This document shows positions 46,246 through 55,071 of a stretch of 64,000 bases of DNA, in pieces (within the stretch, counting starts at the first letter, position 1; each line of letters opens with the position of its first letter). The notes beneath the pieces were generated by a model. That model saw only the letters and a list, made by a program, of their open reading frames with translations. It did not search any database and had not been told where the DNA came from. The stretch comes from an uncultured Thermodesulfatator sp. (GTDB taxonomy: Bacteria > Desulfobacterota > Thermodesulfobacteria > Thermodesulfobacteriales > Thermodesulfobacteriaceae): the NCBI GenBank assembly GCA_964464535.1, contig CAYXGJ010000002.1:77989-141988 (forward strand). Reading direction: 5' to 3'. A program made the translations under genes and the position numbers.

Positions 46246-47262
46246 ATGGCTATAAAAGGGGGAACAGAGATAAAAGTCGGTATATTTGTATTTTTAGGAA
46301 TTATAGCTCTTTTATATCTTACTTTTAAGCTTGCAGAAGAGGCCTTTACCCCGAAGGATGTTTACAAAATTTATGCAGTATTTGATAATATTTCTGGTCT
46401 TACAAAGGGAGCTAAAATAGAAATGGCAGGGATTCCTATCGGAAGGGTAGGAAAGATTGAACTAACTCCTGAAGGAAAAGCTAAAGTTGAGCTTTTAATT
46501 TATAAAGACTATAAGATTCGGGAAGATTCAAAGGCAGCTATAAGAACTTATGGTGTTTTAGGAGATAAATTTGTAGATATTAAACCTGGATTTTCTATTA
46601 CCTATCTACAACCTGGTTCTATGATAGCTTATACAGAAGGTGCAATTTCTGTGGATGAAATTTTAGCAAGTGTTGGTCCTACTGTAGAGGGTTTAAAGGA
46701 ATTAATTGGTACTGAAGAAGGTAAAGAAAATCTGAAAATTTTAGTAGCAAATATTAGAGATGCTTCTCAAAGTTTTAAAATTATTGCAGAAAGAATAGAA
46801 AAAGGGGAGGGTACTTTAAGCAAACTTATAAGTGATGACAAGCTTTATAAAGATTTAACTGCAACAGCAGAAAATTTGAAAAAAGTTTCGGCTCAGATAG
46901 AAAGTGGGCAAGGGACTCTTGGAAAACTGGTTAAAGATGAAGAATTGTATAAAAGCTTAAGACAAACTGTAGCTAATTTGGAAAGTGTCTCTAAGAGACT
47001 TGAAAAGGGAGAAGGAACTCTTGGTAAATTGATGACCGATGAGAAGCTTTATAAAGATTTAAAAGCTATTTCTGAAGATCTAAGAAAGATAACAGCTCAG
47101 ATAGAAAGTGGGCAAGGGACTCTTGGAAAATTATTAAAAGATGATTCCCTTTATACAGAGGCTAAAAAAACTTTAAAGAGTGTTAATAGGGCTGCTAAAG
47201 GAGTAGAAGAACAGGTACCTATTACTGTTCTTGGAATTATGGCTGGTGCAGCTATGCAATAA
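46246..47262 (+). CDS. mlaD: MCE-domain protein with extended helical repeats
   Basis: N-terminal TM, MCE domain (GLTKGAKIEMAGIPIGRV...GVLGDKFVDI), four 34-aa GxGTLGKLxxDxxLY repeats. Confidence 0.88.
   Translation: MAIKGGTEIKVGIFVFLGIIALLYLTFKLAEEAFTPKDVYKIYAVFDNISGLTKGAKIEMAGIPIGRVGKIELTPEGKAKVELLIYKDYKIREDSKAAIRTYGVLGDKFVDIKPGFSITYLQPGSMIAYTEGAISVDEILASVGPTVEGLKELIGTEEGKENLKILVANIRDASQSFKIIAERIEKGEGTLSKLISDDKLYKDLTATAENLKKVSAQIESGQGTLGKLVKDEELYKSLRQTVANLESVSKRLEKGEGTLGKLMTDEKLYKDLKAISEDLRKITAQIESGQGTLGKLLKDDSLYTEAKKTLKSVNRAAKGVEEQVPITVLGIMAGAAMQ
46777..47184 (+). repeat. Four tandem 102-bp (34-aa) repeats in ABAB order inside mlaD
   Basis: Units start at 46777, 46879, 46981 and 47083. 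The 36-bp GCTCAGATAGAAAGTGGGCAAGGGACTCTTGGAAAA is identical at 46891-46926 and 47095-47130. Confidence 0.9.
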
Positions 47263-47264
47263 GT

Positions 47265-47717
47265 TTAAATTTCAAACACTGCTTTTACCTTAAATTTTTT
47301 AATAGCTGGAAAGAGTTTTATTTTTATTTCAAATCTTTCTTCTAAATTTTTACAAAAATCTTTTAAATCCTTTTCTGATTTTGTAACCACTGTAAACCAG
47401 AAATTAAGTTTATGTTCTCTTAGATAAGCATGGGTTATTTCAGGAAGTTTTGCTATTTCATAAACTATTTTTATTTTATCTTCAGGTATAACTGTTGCAC
47501 ATAAACAAGTGAAATATCCCAGTTTATAAGAATTAACAGTTGCTCCAAAATGTCTTATTATTCTCTTTTTTTTTAAATTTTTTAAAAAATCTATAATTTC
47601 CCTTTCTTCAAGAGCAAATTTTTCAGCTAAAATTTTGAATGGTTCTGGAACTAAAGGAAAATCTTTTTGTAAAAAATTGAGAAGCTCCTTTAATTTTTTT
47701 TCTTTAAGATTATCCAT
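47265..47717 (-). CDS. ahbA: Siroheme decarboxylase alpha subunit (AhbA/NirDL-like, Lrp/AsnC fold)
   Basis: LQKDFPLVPEPF, IIRHFGA, HAYLREH, NFWFTV. ATG 47717 preferred over the track's TTG 47723. Confidence 0.75.
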   Translation of the reverse strand: MDNLKEKKLKELLNFLQKDFPLVPEPFKILAEKFALEEREIIDFLKNLKKKRIIRHFGATVNSYKLGYFTCLCATVIPEDKIKIVYEIAKLPEITHAYLREHKLNFWFTVVTKSEKDLKDFCKNLEERFEIKIKLFPAIKKFKVKAVFEI

Positions 47718-47751
47718 GTTCAAAAATTACCAGTAAGATTCAATTTTGCAA
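47718..47751 (-). promoter_or_regulatory. Sigma70-type promoter TTGCAA-16-TAATTT (extended -10) ending 6 nt before ATG (probably leaderless)
   Basis: Minus strand: TTGCAA 47751-47746, TGG-TAATTT 47729-47724, TTGAAC, ATG 47717; no SD. Confidence 0.5.
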
Positions 47752-47831
47752 TGAAAACTTTTCTTTTTGGATAAAAATTTTATGATATTATAGGATGAAC
47801 TTTTAAAGATAAAAATCTGGAGGTAATTAAA

Positions 47832-48296
47832 ATGAAAAAAGGTGAGATAATTTTGGAAGAAATTTTTAAACTTTTACCTCATAGATATCCTTTTTTAATG
47901 ATTGATAAGGTTGTAGAGGTAGATGCAGAAAAGGAGTATGTAAAAGCAATTAAAAATGTTACTATTAATGAGTCCTTTTTTATGGGGCATTTTCCGGAAA
48001 ATCCCATTATGCCAGGGGTTTTAATTTTAGAAACCATGGCTCAAGCGGCGGGTGTAGGGCTTATGGTTATATTTCCAGAGTATAAAGGAAAACTTTTTGT
48101 TCTTGCAGGAATTGATAAAGCAAGATTTAGGCAACCTGTTTATCCTGGAGATACACTTATTATTGAAGTTCAAGGTTTTAGGAGAAAAGGAAATATAATT
48201 AAGACTGCAATTACTGCTAAAGTTAATGAAAAAATAGTTGCAGAGGCAGAAATTACAGCAGGAATTTTAAATAAAGAGGAGAAAACAAATGAATAA
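47832..48296 (+). CDS. fabZ: 3-hydroxyacyl-ACP dehydratase
   Basis: LPHRYPFLMID, NESFFMGHFP, MPGVLILE. Confidence 0.96.
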   Translation: MKKGEIILEEIFKLLPHRYPFLMIDKVVEVDAEKEYVKAIKNVTINESFFMGHFPENPIMPGVLILETMAQAAGVGLMVIFPEYKGKLFVLAGIDKARFRQPVYPGDTLIIEVQGFRRKGNIIKTAITAKVNEKIVAEAEITAGILNKEEKTNE

Positions 48297-49098
48297 AATT
48301 TCCCCTACAGCTTACATAGATCCTTCAGCTGAAATAGAAGAAGATGTAGAAATAGGTCCAGGTGTTTATATAGGACCAAAAGTTTATATAGGAAGGGGAA
48401 CAATTATAAAGGCTCATTCCTATATTGAAAACAATACCAAAATAGGAAAATATAATCAGATAGGTCCTTTTACCGTAATTGGAACACCTCCTCAACATAT
48501 TGGTTACAAAGGTGAAGAAACAAGAGTAGAAATAGGCAATTATAATATAATTAGAGAATTTGTAACTATTCATAGAGGAACTACTTTTGATGATGGAATT
48601 ACATATATAGGAAATAATTGTTTTCTTATGAGTTATGTCCATGTGGCTCATGATTGTAAAATAGGAGATTATGTTATTATGGCAAATAATGCTACCTTAG
48701 GAGGGCATGTAAGAGTAGAGGAAAAAGTAGTTATGGGTGGTTTTTCAGGAGTTCATCAGTTTTGCAAAATAGGAGCCTATGCTTTTATTGGTGCTATGAG
48801 CGGGGTAGATAAAGATGTTCCTCCCTATGTAAAGGTTTTTGGTATTCCTGCTAAGATACAAGGAATAAATCTTGTAGGATTAAGAAGAGCAGGTTTTACT
48901 AAAGAAGATATTCGAAAAATCTCACAAGCAATTGGATATTTTTTAGATGCTCCTTCAACCATTAAAGAAATAATTACAGAATTAAGAGATATATTTGGTG
49001 AAGATCCGGTTATAGAAAGGCTTATCCTATTTTTGGAAAAACCTTCAAAACAGGGTATAATGAGAAGGAAACCCTTTGAAGGAGAGGAGGCATTTTAG
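48289..49098 (+). CDS. lpxA: Acyl-ACP--UDP-N-acetylglucosamine O-acyltransferase
   Basis: Hexapeptide repeats, REFVTIHRGT, HVAHDC, LGGHV, VHQFC. Confidence 0.95.
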   Translation: MNKISPTAYIDPSAEIEEDVEIGPGVYIGPKVYIGRGTIIKAHSYIENNTKIGKYNQIGPFTVIGTPPQHIGYKGEETRVEIGNYNIIREFVTIHRGTTFDDGITYIGNNCFLMSYVHVAHDCKIGDYVIMANNATLGGHVRVEEKVVMGGFSGVHQFCKIGAYAFIGAMSGVDKDVPPYVKVFGIPAKIQGINLVGLRRAGFTKEDIRKISQAIGYFLDAPSTIKEIITELRDIFGEDPVIERLILFLEKPSKQGIMRRKPFEGEEAF

Positions 49099-49107
49099 TT
49101 ATTTGTT

Positions 49108-49932
49108 ATGGATTTTGAGGATAATAAAATAGGATTAATTGCAGGAGAAGGCGAATTTCCTGTTATTTTAGCCCGGAGCTTAAAAGATAAGAATTATGAA
49201 ATTGTTGCTATTTGTTTTTCCAATCACCAAAAAGAAAAACTAAAAAAGTTTACTTCTAAAGTTTTTAAAATTTCCATTGGTCAATTTGGGGAACTTATTA
49301 AAATTTTTAAAGAGAATAAGATTAAAAAGCTTGTTTTTTTAGGGAAAATAGATAAAAGTCATGCTTTAAAAGTTGGTATTCCAGATTTTAAAGCTTTAGC
49401 TTTATGGAGAAGGCTTATAATTAAAGAAGATAATTCAATTTTAAAGGGAGTTATAGAAGAATTGGAAAAGGAAGGATTTGTAATAAAGGGTCCCTCAGAA
49501 TTTTTACAAGAGTTTTTAACTACTGAAGGAATATTTACTAAAAGAGCTCCTACAAAAGAAGAATGGGAAGATATAGAATATGGGTTTAAAATTGCTAAAA
49601 TAATTGGATCTTTAGATATTGGACAGTGTGTAGTTGTAAAAAATAAGATGACAGTTGCTATAGAAGCTATGGAAGGAACAGATGCAACAATTTTAAGGGC
49701 AGGTAAACTTAGAAAAAATACTGTAGTTATAAAAGTAGCTAAACCCATTCAAGACCTAAGAATGGACCTACCTGTAGTTGGATTAAAAACTATAGAAACA
49801 CTTATCAAAGCACAAGCTAAGGTTTTAGCTTTGGAAGCAGAGAAAACATTTTTTTTACAAAAAGAAGAGGCTATCAAATTAGCTGATAAAAATAATATTT
49901 CTATATTAGGATATAAAGGTAAAGAAGAATAG
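49108..49932 (+). CDS. lpxI: UDP-2,3-diacylglucosamine diphosphatase LpxI
   Basis: GLIAGEG, DIGQCVVV, AIEAMEGTD, DLRMDLPVVG; located after lpxA. Confidence 0.9.
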   Translation: MDFEDNKIGLIAGEGEFPVILARSLKDKNYEIVAICFSNHQKEKLKKFTSKVFKISIGQFGELIKIFKENKIKKLVFLGKIDKSHALKVGIPDFKALALWRRLIIKEDNSILKGVIEELEKEGFVIKGPSEFLQEFLTTEGIFTKRAPTKEEWEDIEYGFKIAKIIGSLDIGQCVVVKNKMTVAIEAMEGTDATILRAGKLRKNTVVIKVAKPIQDLRMDLPVVGLKTIETLIKAQAKVLALEAEKTFFLQKEEAIKLADKNNISILGYKGKEE

Positions 49933-49934
49933 AA

Positions 49935-50891
49935 ATGGATAAAGTAAAAGTAGCAGTTATAGGAGTAGGGCATTTAGGAAGATTTCATGCTAAAAAATTT
50001 ACCGAAATTCCAAAAGCAGAACTTTTAGCCATAGTAGATATAAATCCAGAAAGAATTAAAGAAACTCTCAATTTATTAGAAGAAAAAAAACACTCCATAA
50101 AAACTTTTACTAACTATAAAGAGGTTATCCCCTTAGTTGATGCAGTAAGCATAGCAACTCCAACCATTACCCATTATGAAATTGCTAAAGATTTTTTAGA
50201 AGCAGGAAAACCTGTTTTTTTAGAAAAACCTCTTGCTCACGAATTAAGTTTAGCAGAGGAGCTTGTTGAGATTTCAATCAAAAAAAATCTTCCCTTTCAA
50301 ATTGGTTATATTGAAAGATTTCAAGAACCAGTAAAAAAACTTCTGCAAAATGTAAAGGATCCTCTTTTTATAGAGGCTCATAGATTATCCTCTTTTACAG
50401 AAAGAAATCTTGATATAGATGTAATTTTAGATCTTATGATACATGATCTTGACCTTGCCTTACTTTTAAAAAACTATAAAAAAATTGAGTTTATTCATGC
50501 TGTAGGAGCCCCGCTTTTTACTCAATTGCCAGATATTGTAAATGCAAGAGTAGTTTTTGAAGACGGAACTACTTGTAATTTTACTGCGAGTAGAGTTTCT
50601 CTTAATAGACAAAGAAAGTTTAGAGTTTTTTCAGAAGGTGCCTATTATGTAGTTGATACCATAGAAAAAAGCTATTTAGAGGTTAGAGTAGATCTCCAAA
50701 CCAAGGAATATAAATTAGATAAAAAATCTTTTCCAGAAAGTGACCCTTTAAAAGAGGAGCTTGAATCCTTTATTAAATGTATTATTAATAAAGGCGAAGT
50801 TAAAGTGACAGGAGAGTCTGCTTTAAAATCACTTGGACTTGCATTTCAAATAAAAAAGCAAGTAGAAAATAATTTTAAAAAATATCTATGA
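49935..50891 (+). CDS. Gfo/Idh/MocA family oxidoreductase (GnnA-like by position)
   Basis: VIGVGHLG, EKP, ERF, DLMIHD, ASRVS; inside the lpxA-lpxI-x-lpxB operon. Confidence 0.85.
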   Translation: MDKVKVAVIGVGHLGRFHAKKFTEIPKAELLAIVDINPERIKETLNLLEEKKHSIKTFTNYKEVIPLVDAVSIATPTITHYEIAKDFLEAGKPVFLEKPLAHELSLAEELVEISIKKNLPFQIGYIERFQEPVKKLLQNVKDPLFIEAHRLSSFTERNLDIDVILDLMIHDLDLALLLKNYKKIEFIHAVGAPLFTQLPDIVNARVVFEDGTTCNFTASRVSLNRQRKFRVFSEGAYYVVDTIEKSYLEVRVDLQTKEYKLDKKSFPESDPLKEELESFIKCIINKGEVKVTGESALKSLGLAFQIKKQVENNFKKYL

Positions 50892-52036
50892 TCTATCAGA
50901 GCTCTCCTCGTATTTTAATAATAACAGGTGAAATTTCTGGAGATATCTATGGATATTTACTAATTAAAAGAATAAAAGATCTAAATTCAGCTTTTCAATT
51001 TGTTGGAATAGGTGGACCTAAGATGAGAAGTCTTAGTATAGAGATATTATTTTCTGCTGAATCACTTGCTTTAGTGGGATTACCAAGTTTTTCTGAGCTT
51101 AAAAAATATTGGTTTATTTACAAAAAAATTGAAGAATTTTTAAGAAAAAGAAAGATAGATGCAATAATATTAGTAAATTTTCCAGGTTTTAATTTAAAAA
51201 TTGCTAAATTGGCTAAAAAGTTAGGATATCCTGTAATATATTATATAGCCCCTCAAGCATGGGCTTGGAACAAAAAGAGGGTTCATATTTTAAGAAAATA
51301 TGTAGATAGATTATATGTAGTTCTTCCTTTTGAAAAAGAATTTTTTTCTTCTTATGGGATATCTACTATTTATTTGGGACATCCTATTTTAGATCTAATA
51401 AAAACTAATCTCTCAGAAAAATTTTTTTACGAAATATACCAATTTGATAAATCTGAACCCTTAGTAAGTTTTTTTCCAGGTAGTAGGGAAAGAGAAATAA
51501 CTCGTCACATACCCATGTTTTTAAAAATTTTTGAAAACTTAAAAAAGTTAAATCCTCATATTCAAGGGATAATGGTTAAAGCCCCTGGGCTTAAAGATTC
51601 TTTTTTATGGGATAGAGCAAGATCCCAACTTAAGGTTATAGAAAATACTCAGTATGAAGTTTTAAAATATTCTACAGTTGCTCTTCTTGCCTCAGGAACC
51701 ATTACCTTAGAAGCTGCTCTTCTTGAAACTCCTGCTATAGTTACTTATTCTTTGCCTTCTTGGATGTATTTTATTGCGAAAAAATTGATAAAAGTTCCCT
51801 ATATTAGTCTTGCTAATTTAATTTTGCAAAAGGAAATATATCCAGAAGTAATAAGGGAAAAAGATAAGATAAAAGCTATTACTCAGAAAATAAATGAGTT
51901 TATAGATAATGAAAAAGCAAGAAATGAGGTTAAAAAAGAGCTTTCTGTTATAAAAAGGCTGATTGGTCCTCCTGGAGCAAGTTGGAGAATTGCTGAAGAT
52001 ATGATAAAGTATATTTTATCTCTTAAAAAGAGTTGA
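50888..52036 (+). CDS. lpxB: Lipid-A-disaccharide synthase
   Basis: GEISGD, VNFPGFN, YYIAPQAWAW, GHP, PGSR, ASGTITLE, YISLAN. Confidence 0.95.
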   Translation: MIYQSSPRILIITGEISGDIYGYLLIKRIKDLNSAFQFVGIGGPKMRSLSIEILFSAESLALVGLPSFSELKKYWFIYKKIEEFLRKRKIDAIILVNFPGFNLKIAKLAKKLGYPVIYYIAPQAWAWNKKRVHILRKYVDRLYVVLPFEKEFFSSYGISTIYLGHPILDLIKTNLSEKFFYEIYQFDKSEPLVSFFPGSREREITRHIPMFLKIFENLKKLNPHIQGIMVKAPGLKDSFLWDRARSQLKVIENTQYEVLKYSTVALLASGTITLEAALLETPAIVTYSLPSWMYFIAKKLIKVPYISLANLILQKEIYPEVIREKDKIKAITQKINEFIDNEKARNEVKKELSVIKRLIGPPGASWRIAEDMIKYILSLKKS

Positions 52037-52073
52037 GCTTATTGAATTTCGAAAAAATAGAGGAGGCTTACTT

Positions 52074-53366
52074 ATGGCTGAAAGCCTAAAAAAAATGTAT
52101 AGGACAATTGTAGAAGATCCCTTTCCTTCAGAATTAAGAATTACCTTTGGAGATCAAACCCTTATTTATAAGAAAAAAAGATGGGAGGTGGAAATAGAAT
52201 CTGGTGTGTTTGAAAAAAAGGGTTTAAGATATGGAGAAAATCCAGACCAAGAGGCTGCTATCTATGAATTAGTTGCAGGCAATTTAGTTTTAGGAGAGTG
52301 TGAATTTATTAAACCTGGTCTTGGCTTAATTTCAAGTTTAAAAGAAAGTGATTTTATTCAATTTGGTAAACACCCTAGTAAAATTAATCTTACTGATATA
52401 GATAATACACTTAACATTTTAAAATATTTAACTGAAAAGCCTGCTTGTGTAATTGTTAAGCATAACAATCCTTCTGGAGTTGCTTACGGAAATACAATAG
52501 AAGAGGCCTTTTTAAAAGCTTATCAGGCAGATAGAATAGCTGCTTTTGGTGGAGCTATAGCTCTAAATAGACCTGTTAATAAAGCTTGTGCAGAAGCTAT
52601 AGCAGAACAATATTTTGAAGTTTTGGCTGCACCTGAATATGAAGAAGGAAGTATAGAGATTTTAAAGAAAAGAAAGTCTTTAAGAATTATTAAAATTAAA
52701 AAATTGGACAAGTTAGAAGAATATGCCAAATATAGAGTGATTGAGTTTAAAAGCCTTATTGATGGAGGTATAATTGTTCAAGTTTCTCAATTAAATAGAA
52801 TTAGAAAAAAGGAAGATTTGCTTCCTGCAGTAGCTATAAAAGATGGAATAGAATATAAATGTCTTAGAGAACCTGATGAGAGAGAAATAAAAGATATGAT
52901 TTTTGGATGGGCGGTTGAGATGGGAGTTACTTCTAATTCAGTGTTATTTGTGAAAAATGAATGTACAGTAAGTATAGGAACAGGAGAGCAAGACAGAGTT
53001 GGCTGCGTTGAAATAGCTATTTTTAAAGCCTACACCAAATATGCTGATCTTCTCTGCTATGAAAAATATAAAATACCCTATAAACAATTAGAATTAGAGA
53101 TAGAAAAAGGTCAAAGACCTAAAATTCAAAAAGAGGAAATTGATGAGGAAACCAAAGAAAAAAAGGCAGGTCTTATAGGTGCAGTTATGATTTCAGATGG
53201 ATTTTTACCCTTTAGAGATTCCGTAGATGTAGCAGCCAAACATGGTATTACAGCTATTTTACAACCAGGAGGTTCTATAAGAGATTGGGAAGTAATTCAA
53301 GCCTGCAATGAATATAAGCCTCCTATAGCTATGATGTTTACTGGACAAAGGGCATTTAGACATTAA
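52074..53366 (+). CDS. purH: PurH-family protein containing only the AICAR-transformylase-type domain (no N-terminal MGS-like cyclohydrolase domain)
   Basis: LRYGENP, VKHNNPSG, AFGGAIA, GTGEQDRV, SDGFLPFRD, QPGGSIRD, FTGQRAFRH; no MGS-like N-terminus. Confidence 0.8.
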   Translation: MAESLKKMYRTIVEDPFPSELRITFGDQTLIYKKKRWEVEIESGVFEKKGLRYGENPDQEAAIYELVAGNLVLGECEFIKPGLGLISSLKESDFIQFGKHPSKINLTDIDNTLNILKYLTEKPACVIVKHNNPSGVAYGNTIEEAFLKAYQADRIAAFGGAIALNRPVNKACAEAIAEQYFEVLAAPEYEEGSIEILKKRKSLRIIKIKKLDKLEEYAKYRVIEFKSLIDGGIIVQVSQLNRIRKKEDLLPAVAIKDGIEYKCLREPDEREIKDMIFGWAVEMGVTSNSVLFVKNECTVSIGTGEQDRVGCVEIAIFKAYTKYADLLCYEKYKIPYKQLELEIEKGQRPKIQKEEIDEETKEKKAGLIGAVMISDGFLPFRDSVDVAAKHGITAILQPGGSIRDWEVIQACNEYKPPIAMMFTGQRAFRH

Positions 53367-53391
53367 TTTAAATATACAAAAGGGGTTTCTT

Positions 53392-53862
53392 ATGAACAAA
53401 ATACCTTTTACTTCAGAAGGTATTGAAAAAATTAAAAAAGAGCTCGAATATCTTATTAAGGTTGAGAGAAGAAATGTAGTGAAAGCTATAGAAGAAGCAA
53501 GAGCTCACGGAGATATTTCAGAAAATGCTGAATATGAAGCAACAAAAGAAAGACAAGCCTATATAGAAGGTCGGATACAAGAATTATCAGGAATTTTAGC
53601 TAATGCAGAAATAATTCCCGCTCTTAATAAAGTTCCTGATAAGGTTCAGTTTGGAGTTAAAGTAAAATTATTAAATTTGGATACAGAAGAAGTGATTACT
53701 TATAGAATTGTTGGTCCCTATGAAGCAGATCCATCTAATGGAAGTATCTCTATATATTCTCCTTTGGCAAGGTCTTTAATAGGAAAAGAGATAGGGGATG
53801 AAGTTCAAGTAAATACTCCTTCAGGAATAAAGAATTTTGAAATTTTGAATATAGAAATTTAA
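53392..53862 (+). CDS. greA: Transcription elongation factor GreA
   Basis: AHGDISENAEY, ISIYSPLARSL. Confidence 0.96.
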   Translation: MNKIPFTSEGIEKIKKELEYLIKVERRNVVKAIEEARAHGDISENAEYEATKERQAYIEGRIQELSGILANAEIIPALNKVPDKVQFGVKVKLLNLDTEEVITYRIVGPYEADPSNGSISIYSPLARSLIGKEIGDEVQVNTPSGIKNFEILNIEI

Positions 53863-53880
53863 TTATCAAAGGAGGATAAA

Positions 53881-55044
53881 GTGGAATTTTTAAACAAAAG
53901 GTATCTTTTTACTCCAGGTCCAGTTCCTGTAGCAGAAGAAGTACTTTTATCTATGGCTCAACCTGTTACCCATCATAGATTACCAGAATTTTCAGAGATT
54001 TTAAAAGAAATTAGAGAAGATCTGAAATATCTTTTTCAGACCAAAAAGGAGGTCTATTTTTTTGCTTCCTCAGGAACAGGGGCTATGGAATCAGCTATTG
54101 TTAATCTCTTTTCTCCACAAGATAAAGTGATTGTGGTAGTTGGTGGAAAATTTGGGCAAAGATGGTTGGAACTTTCCCAAACCTATAGTTTAGAACCAAT
54201 AGTTATAGAAGTTTCCTGGGGAAAAGCTGTAAAACCTGAAAAGATAGAAAAGATTTTAAAAACAAAAAAAGATATAAAAGGGGTTTTAATTCAAGCTTGT
54301 GAAACCTCAACCGGGGTGAAACATCCTATTAAAGAAATTGCAGAAATTGTTAGAGATACTCCCGCAGTAATAGTAGTTGATGCTATCACTGCTCTTGGGA
54401 TATATGATCTTCCAATGGATAAATGGGGGCTTGATGTAGTTATTACAGGTTCTCAAAAGGCTTTAAGCTTACCTCCTGGATTATCTTTTATTGCCTTTTC
54501 AGATAAAGCTCAAGATTTAGTTAAAAAATCAAAACTTCCTAAATATTATTTTGATCTCCAAAAAGAAAAAAAGGCCTACGAAAAGAATACCACAGCCTTT
54601 ACTCCTGCTGTGAGTTTACTTATAGGATTAAGAAAAATGCTTAAACGTATAAAAGAAATAGGGCTTGAAAGACTTTTTAAACATTATCAAATACTTTCTC
54701 TTGCTTGTAGAAAAGCTATATTGGCAATGGATTTAGAAATTTTTCCTGAAGTTCCTTCTGAATCTCTTACAGTTATTAAGACCCCAAATGGATTAAATAC
54801 AGGGGAACTTTTAAAATTTTTAAGAAATAAATTAGGAGTTGTTTTTGCAGGAGGGCAGGATCATCTTAAAGGAAAAATTTTAAGAATTACTCATATGGGG
54901 AACCAATCTCCTTTTGATCTTTTAATAGCTCTCTCAGCTTTGGAGATAGGATTGAACCTTTTTGGATATAAGATTTCCTTTGGTAAAGGAATAAAAGAGG
55001 CTGAAGAAGTCCTTTTAAATTATATAAAAGAGGAATATTTATAA
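53881..55044 (+). CDS. Class V PLP aminotransferase (alanine-glyoxylate/serine-pyruvate type; probable phosphoserine aminotransferase)
   Basis: LFTPGP, SSGTGAME, ETSTG, DAIT, GSQKALSLPPGL, RITHMG; GTG start with SD GGAGG; directly upstream of serA. Confidence 0.88.
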   Translation: MEFLNKRYLFTPGPVPVAEEVLLSMAQPVTHHRLPEFSEILKEIREDLKYLFQTKKEVYFFASSGTGAMESAIVNLFSPQDKVIVVVGGKFGQRWLELSQTYSLEPIVIEVSWGKAVKPEKIEKILKTKKDIKGVLIQACETSTGVKHPIKEIAEIVRDTPAVIVVDAITALGIYDLPMDKWGLDVVITGSQKALSLPPGLSFIAFSDKAQDLVKKSKLPKYYFDLQKEKKAYEKNTTAFTPAVSLLIGLRKMLKRIKEIGLERLFKHYQILSLACRKAILAMDLEIFPEVPSESLTVIKTPNGLNTGELLKFLRNKLGVVFAGGQDHLKGKILRITHMGNQSPFDLLIALSALEIGLNLFGYKISFGKGIKEAEEVLLNYIKEEYL

Positions 55045-55071
55045 AAAAATTCTAAAAAAGGAGAGTAAAAA

